Below are positions 38,246 to 50,300 of a DNA stretch of 64,000 nt, piece by piece. The position numbers and the translations under genes are program-made. This DNA comes from Eledone cirrhosa (lineage: Eukaryota), in the NCBI GenBank assembly GCA_964016885.1, contig OZ024741.1, forward strand, positions 249,674,001-249,738,000. Reading direction: 5' to 3'. Under the pieces are notes generated by a model. The model made no database searches, was not told where the DNA came from, and saw only the letters and a list, made by a program, of their open reading frames with translations. Each line of letters begins with the position of its first letter. The first letter of the stretch is position 1.

Positions 38246-41200
38246 GCGGAGATAATTTGTAAAAAAAAATCAGGGGGAGATAATTTGTAAAAAAAAATCA
38301 GGGGGAGATAATTTGTAAAAAAAAATCAGGGGTAGATAATTTGTAAAAAAAAATCAGGGTGAGATAATTTGTAAAAAAAATCAGGGGGAGATAATTTGTA
38401 AAAAAAATCAGGGGTAGATAATTTGTAAAAAAAATCAGGGGGAGATAATTTGTAAAAAAAATCAGGGGGAGATAATTTGTAAAAAAAATCAGGGGTAGAT
38501 AATTTTCAGCCGTCCAAGGGGAGATAATTTCCATCCTTCCAAGGGGAGATAATTTCCAGCCGTCCAAGGGGAGATAATTTCCCGCCAGCCAAGGAGAGAT
38601 AACATTTAAAAAAATCAGGCGGAGATAATTTGTAAAAAAATCAGGGGGAGATAATTTGTAAAAAAAATCAGGGGTAGATAATTTCCAGCCGTCCAAGGGG
38701 AGATAATTTCCATCCTTCCAAGGGGAGATAATTTCCAGCCGTCCAAGGGGAGATAATTTCCCGCCAGCCAAGGAGAGATAATATTTAAAAAAATCAGGCG
38801 GAGATAATTTGTAAAAAAAATCAGGGGGAGATAATTTGTAAAAAAATCAGGGGGAGATAATTTGTAAAAAAAAATCAGGGGGAGATAATTTGTAAAAAAA
38901 AATCAGGGGGAGATAATTTGTAAAAAAAAATCAGGGGTAGATAATTTGTAAAAAAAAATCAGGGTGAGATAATTTGTAAAAGAAAAATCAGGGGGAGATA
39001 ATTTGTAAAAAAATCAAGGGGAGATAATTTCCAGCCGTCCAAGGGGAGATAATTTTCAGCCGTCCAAGGAGAGGTAATTTCTAGCCGTCCAAGGGGAGAT
39101 AATTTCCAGCCGTCCAAGGGGAGATAATTTTTTTAAAAAAATCAGGCGGAGATAATTTGTAAACAAAAATCAGGGGGAGATAATTTGTAAAAAAAAATCA
39201 GGGGGAGATAATTTGTAAAAAAAAATCAGGGGGAGATAATTTGTAAAAAAAATCAAGGGGAGATAATTTGTCAAAAAAAATCAGGGGTAGATAATTTGTA
39301 AAAAAAAATCAGGGGGAGATAATTTGTAAAAAAAAAATCAGGGGGAGATAATTTGTAAAAAAATCAAGGGGAGATAATTTTCAGCCGTCCAAGGAGAGGT
39401 AATTTCTAGCCGTCCAAGGGGAGATAATTTCCAGCCAGCCAAGGGGAGATAATTTGTAAAAAAATCAGGGGTAGATAATTTGTAAAAAAAATTCAGGGGG
39501 AGATAATTTGTAAAAAAAATCAGGGGGAGATAATTTGTAAAAAAAATCAGGGGTAGATAATTTCCAGCCGTCCAAGGGGAGATAATTTCCATCCTTCCAA
39601 GGGGAGATAATTTCCAGCCGTCCAAGGGGAGATAATTTCCCGCCAGCCAAGGAGAGAAAACATTTAAAAAAATCAGGCGGAGATAATTTGTAAAAAAAAT
39701 CAGGGGGAGATAATTTGTAAAAAAATCAGGGGGAGATAATTTGTAAAAAAAATCAGGGGTAGATAATTTCCAGCCGTCCAAGGGGAGATAATTTCCATCC
39801 TTCCAAGGGGAGATAATTTCCAGCCGTCCAAGGGGAGATAATTTCCCGCCAGCCAAGGAGAGATAATATTTAAAAAAATCAGGCGGAGATAATTTGTAAA
39901 AAAAATCAGGGGGAGATAATTTGTAAAAAAATCAGGGGGAGATAATTTGTAAAAAAAAATCAGGGGGAGATAATTTGTAAAAAAAATCAGGGGGAGATAA
40001 TTTGTAAAAAAAATCAGGGGTAGATAATTTGTAAAAAAAAATCAGGGGGAGATAATTTGTAAAAAAAAAATCAGGGGGAGATAATTTGTAAAAAAATCAA
40101 GGTGAGATAATTTCCAGCCGTCCAAGGGGAGATAATTTTCAGCCGTCCAAGGAGAGGTAATTGCTAGCCGTCCAAGGGGAGATAATTTCCAGCCGTCCAA
40201 GGGGAGATAATTTTTTTAAAAAAATCAGGCGGAGATAATTTGTAAACAAAAATCAGGGGGAGATAATTTGTAAAAAAAAATCAGGGGGAGATAATTTGTA
40301 AAAAAAAATCAGGGGGAGATAATTTCCAGCCGTCCAAGGGGAGGTAATATCTAGCCATCCAAGGGGAGATAATTTCCAGCCGTCCAAGGGGAGATAATTT
40401 CCAGCCGTCCAAGGGGAGATAATATCCAGCCGTCCAAGGAGACATATTTTCCAGCCGTCCAAGGAGAGGTAATTTCTAGCCGTCCAAGGGGAGATAAGTT
40501 CCAGCCTCCAAGGGGAGATAATTTCCAGCCAGCCAAGGGGAGATAATTTGTAAAAAAATCAGGGGGAGATAATTTGTAAAAAAAAATCAGGGGGAGATAA
40601 TTTGTAAAAAAATCAGGGGGAGATAATTTGTAAAAAAAAATCAGGGGGAGATAATTTGTAAAAAAAATCAGGGGGAGATAATTTGTAAAAAAATCAGGGG
40701 TAGATAATTTGTAAAAAAAATCAGGGGGAGATAATTTGTAAAAAAAATCAGGGGGAGATAATTTGTAAAAAAAATCAGGGGTAGATAATTTTCAGCCGTC
40801 CAAGGGGAGATAATTTCCATCCTTCCAAGGGGAGATAATTTCCAGCCGTCCAAGGGGAGATAATTTCCCGCCAGCCAAGGAGAGATAACATTTAAAAAAA
40901 TCAGGCGGAGATAATTTGTAAAAAAATCAGGGGGAGATAATTTATAAAAAAAAATCAGGGGGAGATAATTTGTAAAAAAAATCAGGGGGAGATAATTTGT
41001 AAAAAAAAATCAGGGGTAGATAATTTGTAAAAAAAAATCAGGGGGAGATAATTTGTAAAAAAAAATCAGGGGGAGATAATTTGTAAAAAAATCAAGGGGA
41101 GATAATTTCCAGCCGTCCAAGGGGAGATAATTTTCAGCCGTCCAAGGAGAGGTAATTTCTAGCCGTCCAAGGGGAGATAATTTCCAGCCGTCCAAGGGGA

Positions 41201-44200
41201 GATAATTTTTTTAAAAAAATCAGGCGGAGATAATTTGTAAACAAAAATCAGGGGGAGATAATTTGTAAAAAAAAATCAGGGGGAGATAATTTGTAAAAAA
41301 AAATCAGGGGGAGATGATTTGTAAAAAAAATCAAGGGGAGATAATTTCCAGCCGTCCAAGGGGAGGTAATATCTAGCCATCCAAGGGGAGATAATTTCCA
41401 GCCGTCCAAGGGGAGATAATTTCCAGCCGTCCAAGGGGAGATAATATCCAGCCGTCCAAGGAGACATATTTTCCAGCCGTCCAAGGTACGTAATTTCTAG
41501 CCGTCCAAGGGGAGATAAGTTCCAGCCTCCAAGGGGAGATAATTTCCAGCCAGCCAAGGGGAGATAATTTGTAAAAAAATCAGGGGAGATAATTTGTAAA
41601 AAAAATCAGGGGGAGATAATTTGTAAAAAAAAATCAGGGGTAGATAATTTGTAAAAAAAATCAGGGGGAGATAATTTGTAAAAAAAAATCAGGGGGAGAT
41701 AATTTGTAAAAAAATCAAGGGGAGATAATTTCCAACCGTCCAAGGGGAGATAATTTTCAGCCGTCCAAGGAGGTAATTTCTAGCCGTCCAAGGGGAGATA
41801 ATTTCCAGCCGTCCAAGGGGAGATAATTTTTTTAAAAAAATCAGGCGGAGATAATTTGTAAACAAAAATCAGGGGGAGATAATTTGTAAAAAAAAATCAG
41901 GGGGAGATAATTTGTAAAAAAAATCAGGGGGAGATAATTTGTAAAAAAAATCAAGGGGAGATAATTTCCAGCCGTCCAAGGGGAGGTAATATCTAGCCAT
42001 CCAAAGGGAGATAATTTCCAGCCGTCCAAGGGGAGATAATTTCCAGCCGTCCAAGGGGAGATAATATCCAGCCGTCCAAGGAGACATATTTTCCAGCCGT
42101 CCAAGGAGAGGTAATTTCTAGCCGTCCAAGGGGAGATAAGTTCCAGCCTCCAAGGGGAGATAATTTCCAGCCAGCCAAGGGGAGATAATTTGTAAAAAAA
42201 TCAGGGGGAGATAATTTGTAAAAAAAAAATCAGGGGGAGATAATTTGTAAAAAAATCAGGGGGAGATAATTTGTAAAAAAAAAATCAGGGGGAGATAATT
42301 TGTAAAAAAAATCAGGGGGAGATAATTTGTAGAAAAAATCAGGGGTAGATAATTTGTAAAAAAAATCAGGGGGAGATAATTTGTAAAAAAAATCAGGGGG
42401 AGATAATTTGTAAAAAAAATCAGGGGTAGATAATTTTCAGCCGTCCAAGGGGAGATAATTTCCATCCTTCCAAGGGGAGATAATTTCCAGCCGTCCAAGG
42501 GGAGATAATTTCCCGCCAGCCAAGGAGAGATAACATTTAAAAAAATCAGGCGGAGATAATTTGTAAAAAAAATCAGGGGGAGATAATTTGTAAAAAAATC
42601 AGGGGGAGATAATTTGTAAAAAAAATCAGGGGTAGATAATTTCCAGCCGTCCAAGGGGAGATAATTTCCATCCTTCCAAGGGGAGATAATTTCCAGCCGT
42701 CCAAGGGGAGATAATTTCCCGCCAGCCAAGGAGAGATAATATTTAAAAAAATCAGGCGGAGATAATTTGTAAAAAAAATCAGGGGGAGATAATTTGTAAA
42801 AAAATCAGGGGGAGATAATTTGTAAAAAAAATCAGGGGTAGATAATTTCCAGCCGTCCAAGGGGAGATAATTTCCATCCTTCCAAGGGGAGATAATTTCC
42901 AGCCGTCCAAGGGGAGATAATTTCCCGCCAGCCAAGGAGAGATAATATTTAAAAAAATCAGGCGGAGATAATTTGTAAAAAAAATCAGGGGGAGATAATT
43001 TGTAAAAAAAAATCAGGGGAGATAATTTGTAAAAAAAATCAGGGGGAGATAATTTGTAAAAAAAAATCAGGGGTAGATAATTTGTAAAAAAAAATCAGGG
43101 GGAGATAATTTGTAAAAAAAAAATCAGGGGGAGATAATTTGTAAAAAAATCAAGGGGAGATAATTTCCAGCCGTCCAAGGGGAGATAATTTTCAGCCGTC
43201 CAAGGAGGTAATTTCTAGCCGTCCAAGGGGAGATAATTTCCAGCCGTCCAAGGGGAGATAATTTTTTTTAAAAAATCAGGCGGAGATAATTTGTAAACAA
43301 AAATCAGGGGGAGATAATTTGTAAAAAAAAATCAGGGGGAGATAATTTGTAAAAAAAAATCAGGGGTAGATAATTTGTAAAAAAAATCAAGGGGAGATAA
43401 TTTCCAGCCGTCCAAGGGGAGATAATTTCCAGCCGTCCAAGGGGAGATAATATCCAGCCGTCCAAGGAGACATATTTTCCAGCCGTCCAAGGAGAGGTAA
43501 TTTCTAGCCGTCCAAGGGGAGATAAGTTCCAGCCTCCAAGGGGAGATAATTTCCAGCCAGCCAAGGGGAGATAATTTGTAAAAAAATCAGGGGGAGATAA
43601 TTTGTAAAAAAAAATCAGGGGGAGATAATTTGTAAAAAAATCAGGGGGAGATAATTTGTAAAAAAAAAATCAGGGGGAGATAATTTGTAAAAAAAATCAG
43701 GAGGAGATAATTTGTAGAAAAAATCAGGGGTAGATAATTTGTAAAAAAAATCAGGGGGAGATAATTTGTAAAAAAAATCAGGGGGAGATAATTTGTAAAA
43801 AAAATCAGGGGTAGATAATTTTCAGCCGTCCAAGGGGAGATAATTTCCATCCTTCCAAGGGGAGATAATTTCCAGCCGTCCAAGGGGAGATAATTTCCCG
43901 CCAGCCAAGGAGAGATAACATTTAAAAAAATCAGGCGGAGATAATTTGTAAAAAAAATCAGGGGGAGATAATTTGTAAAAAAATCAGGGGGAGATAATTT
44001 GTAAAAAAAATCAGGGGTAGATAATTTCCAGCCGTCCAAGGGGAGATAATTTCCATCCTTCCAAGGGGAGATAATTTCCAGCCGTCCAAGGGGAGATAAT
44101 TTCCCGCCAGCCAAGGAGAGATAATATTTAAAAAAATCAGGCGGAGATAATTTGTAAAAAAAATCAGGGGGAGATAATTTGTAAAAAAATCAGGGGGAGA

Positions 44201-47200
44201 CAATTTGTAAAAAAAAATCAGGGGGAGATAATTTGTAAAAAAAATCAGGGGGAGATAATTTGTAAAAAAAATCAGGGGTAGATAATTTGTAAAAAAAAAT
44301 CAGGGGGAGATAATTTGTAAAAAAAAAATCAGGGGGAGATAATTTGTAAAAAAATCAAGGGGAGATAATTTCCAGCCGTCCAAGGGGAGATAATTTTCAG
44401 CCGTCCAAGGAGAGGTAATTTCTAGCCGTCCAAGGGGAGATAATTTCCAGCCGTCCAAGGGGAGATAATTTTTTTAAAAAAATCAGGCGGAGATAATTTG
44501 TAAACAAAAATCAGGGGGAGATAATTTGTAAAAAAAAATCAGGGGGAGATAATTTGTTAAAAAAAATCAGGGGGAGATAATTTGTAAAAAAAATCAAGGG
44601 GAGATAATTTCCAACCGTCCAAGGGGAGGTAATATCTAGCCATCCAAGGGGAGATAATTTCCAGCCGTCCAAGGGGAGATAATTTCCAGCCGTCCAAGGG
44701 GAGATAATATCCAGCCGTCCAAGGAGACATATTTTCCAGCCGTCCAAGGAGAGGTAATTTCTAGCCGTCCAAGGGGAGATAAGTTCCTGCCTCCAAGGGG
44801 AGATAATTTCCAGCCAGCCAAGGGGAGATAATTTGTAAAAAAATCAGGGGGAGATAATTTGTAAAAAAAAAATCAGGGGGAGATAATTTGTAAAAAAATC
44901 AGGGGGAGATAATTTGTAAAAAAAAAATCAGGGGGAGATAATTTGTAAAAAAAATCAGGGGGAGATAATTTGTAGAAAAAATCAGGGGTAGATAATTTGT
45001 AAAAAAAATCAGGGGGAGATAATTTGTAAAAAAAATCAGGGGGAGATAATTTGTAAAAAAAATCAGGGGTAGATAATTTTCAGCCGTCCAAGGGGAGATA
45101 ATTTCCATCCTTCCAAGGGGAGATAATTTCCAGCCGTCCAAGGGGAGATAATTTCCCGCCAGCCAAGGAGAGATAACATTTAAAAAAATCAGGCGGAGAT
45201 AATTTGTAAAAAAAATCAGGGGGAGATAATTTGTAAAAAAATCAGGGGGAGATAATTTGTAAAAAAAATCAGGGGTAGATAATTTCCAGCCGTCCAAGGG
45301 GAGATAATTTCCATCCTTCCAAGGGGAGATAATTTCCAGCCGTCCAAGGGGAGATAATTTCCCGCCAGCCAAGGAGAGATAATATTTAAAAAAATCAGGC
45401 GGAGATAATTTGTAAAAAAAATCAGGGGGAGATAATTTTGTAAAAAAATCAGGGGGAGATAATTTGTAAAAAAAAATCAGGGGGAGATAATTTGTAAAAA
45501 AAATCAGGGGGAGATAATTTGTAAAAAAAATCAGGGGTAGATAATTTGTAAAAAAAAATCAGGGGGAGATAATTTGTAAAAAAAAAATCAGGGGGAGATA
45601 ATTTGTAAAAAAATCAAGGTGAGATAATTTCCAGCCGTCCAAGGGGAGATAATTTTCAGCCTTCCAAGGAGAGGTAATTTCTAGCCGTCCAAGGGGAGAT
45701 AATTTCCAGCCGTCCAAGGGGAGATAATTTTTTTAAAAAAATCAGGCGGAGATAATTTGTAAACAAAAATCAGGGGGAGATAATTTGTAAAAAAAAATCA
45801 GGGGGAGATAATTTGTAAAAAAAAATCAGGGGGAGATAATTTGTAAAAAAAATCAAGGGGAGATAATTTCCAGCCGTCCAAGGGGAGGTAATATCTAGCC
45901 ATCCAAGGGGAGATAATTTCCAGCCGTCCAAGGGGAGATAATTTCCAGCCGTCCAAGGGGAGATAATATCCAGCCGTCCAAGGAGACATATTTTCCAGCC
46001 GTCCAAGGATAGGTAATTTCTAGCCGTCCAAGGGGAGATAAGTTCCAGCCTCCAAGGGGAGATAATTTCCAGCCAGCCAAGGGGAGATAATTTGTAAAAA
46101 AATCAGGGGGAGATAATTTGTAAAAAAAAAATCAGGGGGAGATAATTTGTAAAAAAATCAGGGGGAGATAATTTGTAAAAAAAAAATCAGGGGGAGATAA
46201 TTTGTAAAAAAAATCAGGGGGAGATAATTTGTAAAAAAAATCAGGGGTAGATAATTTGTAAAAAAAATCAGGGGGAGATAATTTGTAACAAAAATCAGGA
46301 GGAGATAATTTGTAAAAAAAATCAGGGGTAGATAATTTTCAGCCGTCCAAGGGGAGATAATTTCCATCCTTCCAAGGGGAGATAATTTCCAGCCGTCCAA
46401 GGGGAGATAATTTCCCGCCAGCCAAGGAGAGATAACATTTAAAAAAATCAGGCGGAGATAATTTGTAAAAAAATCAGGGGTAGATAATTTGTAAAAAAAA
46501 ATCAGGGGGAGATAATTTGTAAAAAAAATCAGGGGGTGATAATTTGTAAAAAAATCAAGGGGAGATAATTTCCAGCCGTCCAAGGGGAGATAATTTTCAG
46601 CCGTCCAAGGAGAGGTAATTTCTAGCCGTCCAACGGGAGATAATTTCCAGCCAGCCAAGGGGAGATAATTTGTAAAAAAATCAGGGGTAGATAATTTGTA
46701 AAAAAAAATCAGGGGGAGATAATTTGTAAAAAAAATCAGGGGGAGATAATTTGTAAAAAAAATCAGGGGTAGATAATTTCCAGCCGTCCAAGGGGAGATA
46801 ATTTCCATCCTTCCAAGGGGAGATAATTTCCAGCCGTCCAAGGGGAGATAATTTCCCGCCAGCCAAGGAGAGATAACATTTAAAAAAATCAGGCGGAGAT
46901 AATTTGTAAAAAAAATCAGGGGGAGATAATTTGTAAAAAAATCAGGGGGAGATAATTTGTAAAAAAAATCAGGGGGAGATAATTTGTAAAAAAAATCAGG
47001 GGTAGATAATTTGTAAAAAAAATCAGGGGGAGATAATTTGTAAAAAAAATCAGGGGGAGATAATTTGTAAAAAAAATCAGGGGTAGATAATTTCCCGCCA
47101 GGGGAGATAATTTCCCGCCAGCCAAGGAGAGATAATATTTAAAAAAATCAGGCGGAGATAATTTGTAAAAAAAATCAGGGGGAGATAATTTGTAAAAAAA

Positions 47201-47329
47201 TCAAGGGGAGATAATTTCCAGCCGTCCAAGGGGAGATAATTTTCAGCCGTCCAAGGAGAGGTAATTTCTAGCCGTCCAAGGGGAGATAATTTCCAGCCGT
47301 CCAAGGGGAGATAATTTTTTTAAAAAAAT

Positions 47330-50300
47330 CAGGCGGAGATAATTTGTAAACAAAAATCAGGGGGAGATAATTTGTAAAAAAAAATCAGGGGGAGATAATT
47401 TGTAAAAAAAAATCAGGGGGAGATAATTTGTAAAAAAAATCAAGGGGAGATAATTTCCAGCCGTCCAAGGGGAGGTAATATCTAGCCATCCAAGGGGAGA
47501 TAATTTCCAGCCGTCCAAGGGGAGATAATTTCCAGCCGTCCAAGGGGAGATAATATCCAGCCGTCCAAGGAGACATATTTTCCAGCCGTCCAAGGAGACG
47601 TAATTTCTAGCCGTCCAAGGGGAGATAAGTTCCAGCCTCCAAGGGGAGATAATTTCCAGCCAGCCAAGGGGAGATAATTTGTAAAAAAATTAGGGGGAGA
47701 TAATTTGTAAAAAAAAATTAGGGGGAGATAATTTGTAAAAAAAAATCAGGGGGAGATAATTTGTAAAAAAAAATCAGGGGGAGATAATTTGTAAAAAAAA
47801 TCAAGGGGAGATAATTTCCAGCCGTCCAAGGGGAGATAATTTTCAGCCGTCCAAGGAGAGGTAAATTCTAGCCGTCCAAGGAGATATAATTTCCAGCCGT
47901 CCAAGGGGAGATAATTTCCAGCCGTCCAAGGGGAGATAATTTTTAAAAAAAAATCAGGCGGAGATAATTTGTAAACAAAAATCAGGGGGAGATAATTTTT
48001 AAAAAAAAATCAGGGGGAGATAATTTGTAAAAAAAAATCAGGGGGAGATAATTTGTAAAAAAAATCAAGGGGAGATAATTTCCAGCCGTCCAAGGGGAGG
48101 TAATATCTAGCCATCCAAGGGGAGATAATTTCCAGCCGTCCAAGGGGAGATAATATCCAGCCGTCCAAGGAGACATATTTTCCAGCCGTCCAAGGAGAGG
48201 TAATTTCTAGCCGTCCAAGGGGAGATAAGTTCCAGCCTCCAAGGGGAGATAATTTCCAGCCAGCCAAGGGGAGATAATTTGTAAAAAAATCAGGGGGGAG
48301 ATAATTTGTAAAAAAAATCAGGGGGAGATAATTTGAAAAAAAAATCAGGGGGAGATAATTTGTAAAAAATATCAAGGGGAGATAATTTCCAGCCCTCCAA
48401 GGGGCTATAATTTCCAGCCGTGCAAGGGGAGATAATTTCCAGCCGTCCAAGGGGAGATAATTTCCATCCTTCCAAGGGGAGATAATTTCCAGCCGTCCAA
48501 GGGGAGATAATTTCCCGCCAGCCAAGGGAAGATAATTTTTTTAAAAATCAGGCGGAGATTGTAAAAAAATCAGGGGGAGATAATTTGTAAAAAAATCAGG
48601 GGGAGATAATTTGTAAAAAAAAATCAGGGGTAGATAATTTGTAAAAAAAAATCAGGGGGAGATAATTTGTAAAAAAAAAATCAAGGGGAGATAATTTCCA
48701 GCCGTCCAAGGGGAGATAATTTTCAGCCGTCCAAGGAGAGGTAATTTCTAGCCGTCCAAGGGGAGATAATTTCCAGCCAGCCAAGGGGAGATAATTTGTA
48801 AAAAAATCAGGGGTAGATAATTTGTAAAAAAAAATCAGGGGGAGATAATTTGTAAAAAAAATCAGGGGGAGATAATTTGTAAAAAAAATCAGGGGTAGAT
48901 AATTTCCAGCCGTCCAAGGGGAGATAATTTCCATCCTTCCAAGGGGAGATAATTTCCAGCCGTCCAAGGGGAGATAATTTCCCGCCAGCCAAGGAGAGAT
49001 AACATTTAAAAAAATCAGGCGGAGATAATTTGTAAAAAAAATCAGGGGGAGATAATTTGTAAAAAAATCAGGGGGAGATAATTTGTAAAAAAAATCAGGG
49101 GTAGATAATTTCCAGCCGTCCAAGGGGAGATAATTTCCATCCTTCCAAGGGGAGATAATTTCCAGCCGTCCAAGGGGAGATAATTTCCCGCCAGCCAAGG
49201 AGAGATAATATTTAAAAAAATCAGGCGGAGATAATTTGTAAAAAAAATCAGGGGGAGATAATTTGTAAAAAAATCAGGGGGAGATAATTTGTAAAAAAAA
49301 ATCAGGGGAGATAATTTGTAAAAAAAATCAGGGGGAGATAATTTGTAAAAAAAAATCAGGGGTAGATAATTTGTAAAAAAAAATCAGGGGGAGATAATTT
49401 GTAAAAAAAAAATCAGGGGGAGATAATTTGTAAAAAAATCAAGGGGAGATAATTTCCAGCCGTCCAAAGGGAGATAATTTTCAGCCGTCCAAGGAGGTAA
49501 TTTCTAGCCGTCCAAGGGGAGATAATTTCCAGCCGTCCAAGGGGAGATAATTTTTTTTAAAAAATCAGGCGGAGATAATTTGTAAACAAAAATCAGGGGG
49601 AGATAATTTGTAAAAAAAAATCAGGGGGAGATAATTTGTAAAAAAAAATCAGGGGGAGATAATTTGTAAAAAAAATCAAGGGGAGATAATTTCCAGCCGT
49701 CCAAGGGGAGGTAATATCTAGCCATCCAAGGGGAGATAATTTCCAGCCGTCCAAGGGGAGATAATTTCCAGCCGTCCAAGGGGAGATAATATCCAGCCGT
49801 CCAAGGAGACATATTTTCCAGCCGTCCAAGGAAACGTAATTTCTAGCCGTCCAAGGGGAGATAAGTTCCAGCCTCCAAGGGGAGATAATTTCCAGCCAGC
49901 CAAGGGGAGATAATTTGTAAAAAAATTAGGGGGAGATAATTTGTAAAAAAAAATTAGGGGGAGATAATTTGTAAAAAAAAATCAGGGGGAGATAATTTGT
50001 AAAAAAAAATCAGGGGGAGATAATTTGTAAAAAAAATCAAGGGGAGATAATTTCCAGCCGTCCAAGGGGAGATAATTTTCAGCCGTCCAAGGAGAGGTAA
50101 ATTCTAGCCGTCCAAGGAGATATAATTTCCAGCCGTCCAAGGGGAGATAATTTCCAGCCGTCCAAGGGGAGATAATTTTTAAAAAAAAATCAGGCGGAGA
50201 TAATTTGTAAACAAAAATCAGGGGGAGATAATTTGTAAAAAAAAATCAGGGGGAGATAATTTGTAAAAAAAATCAAGGGGAGATAATTTCCAGCCGTCCA

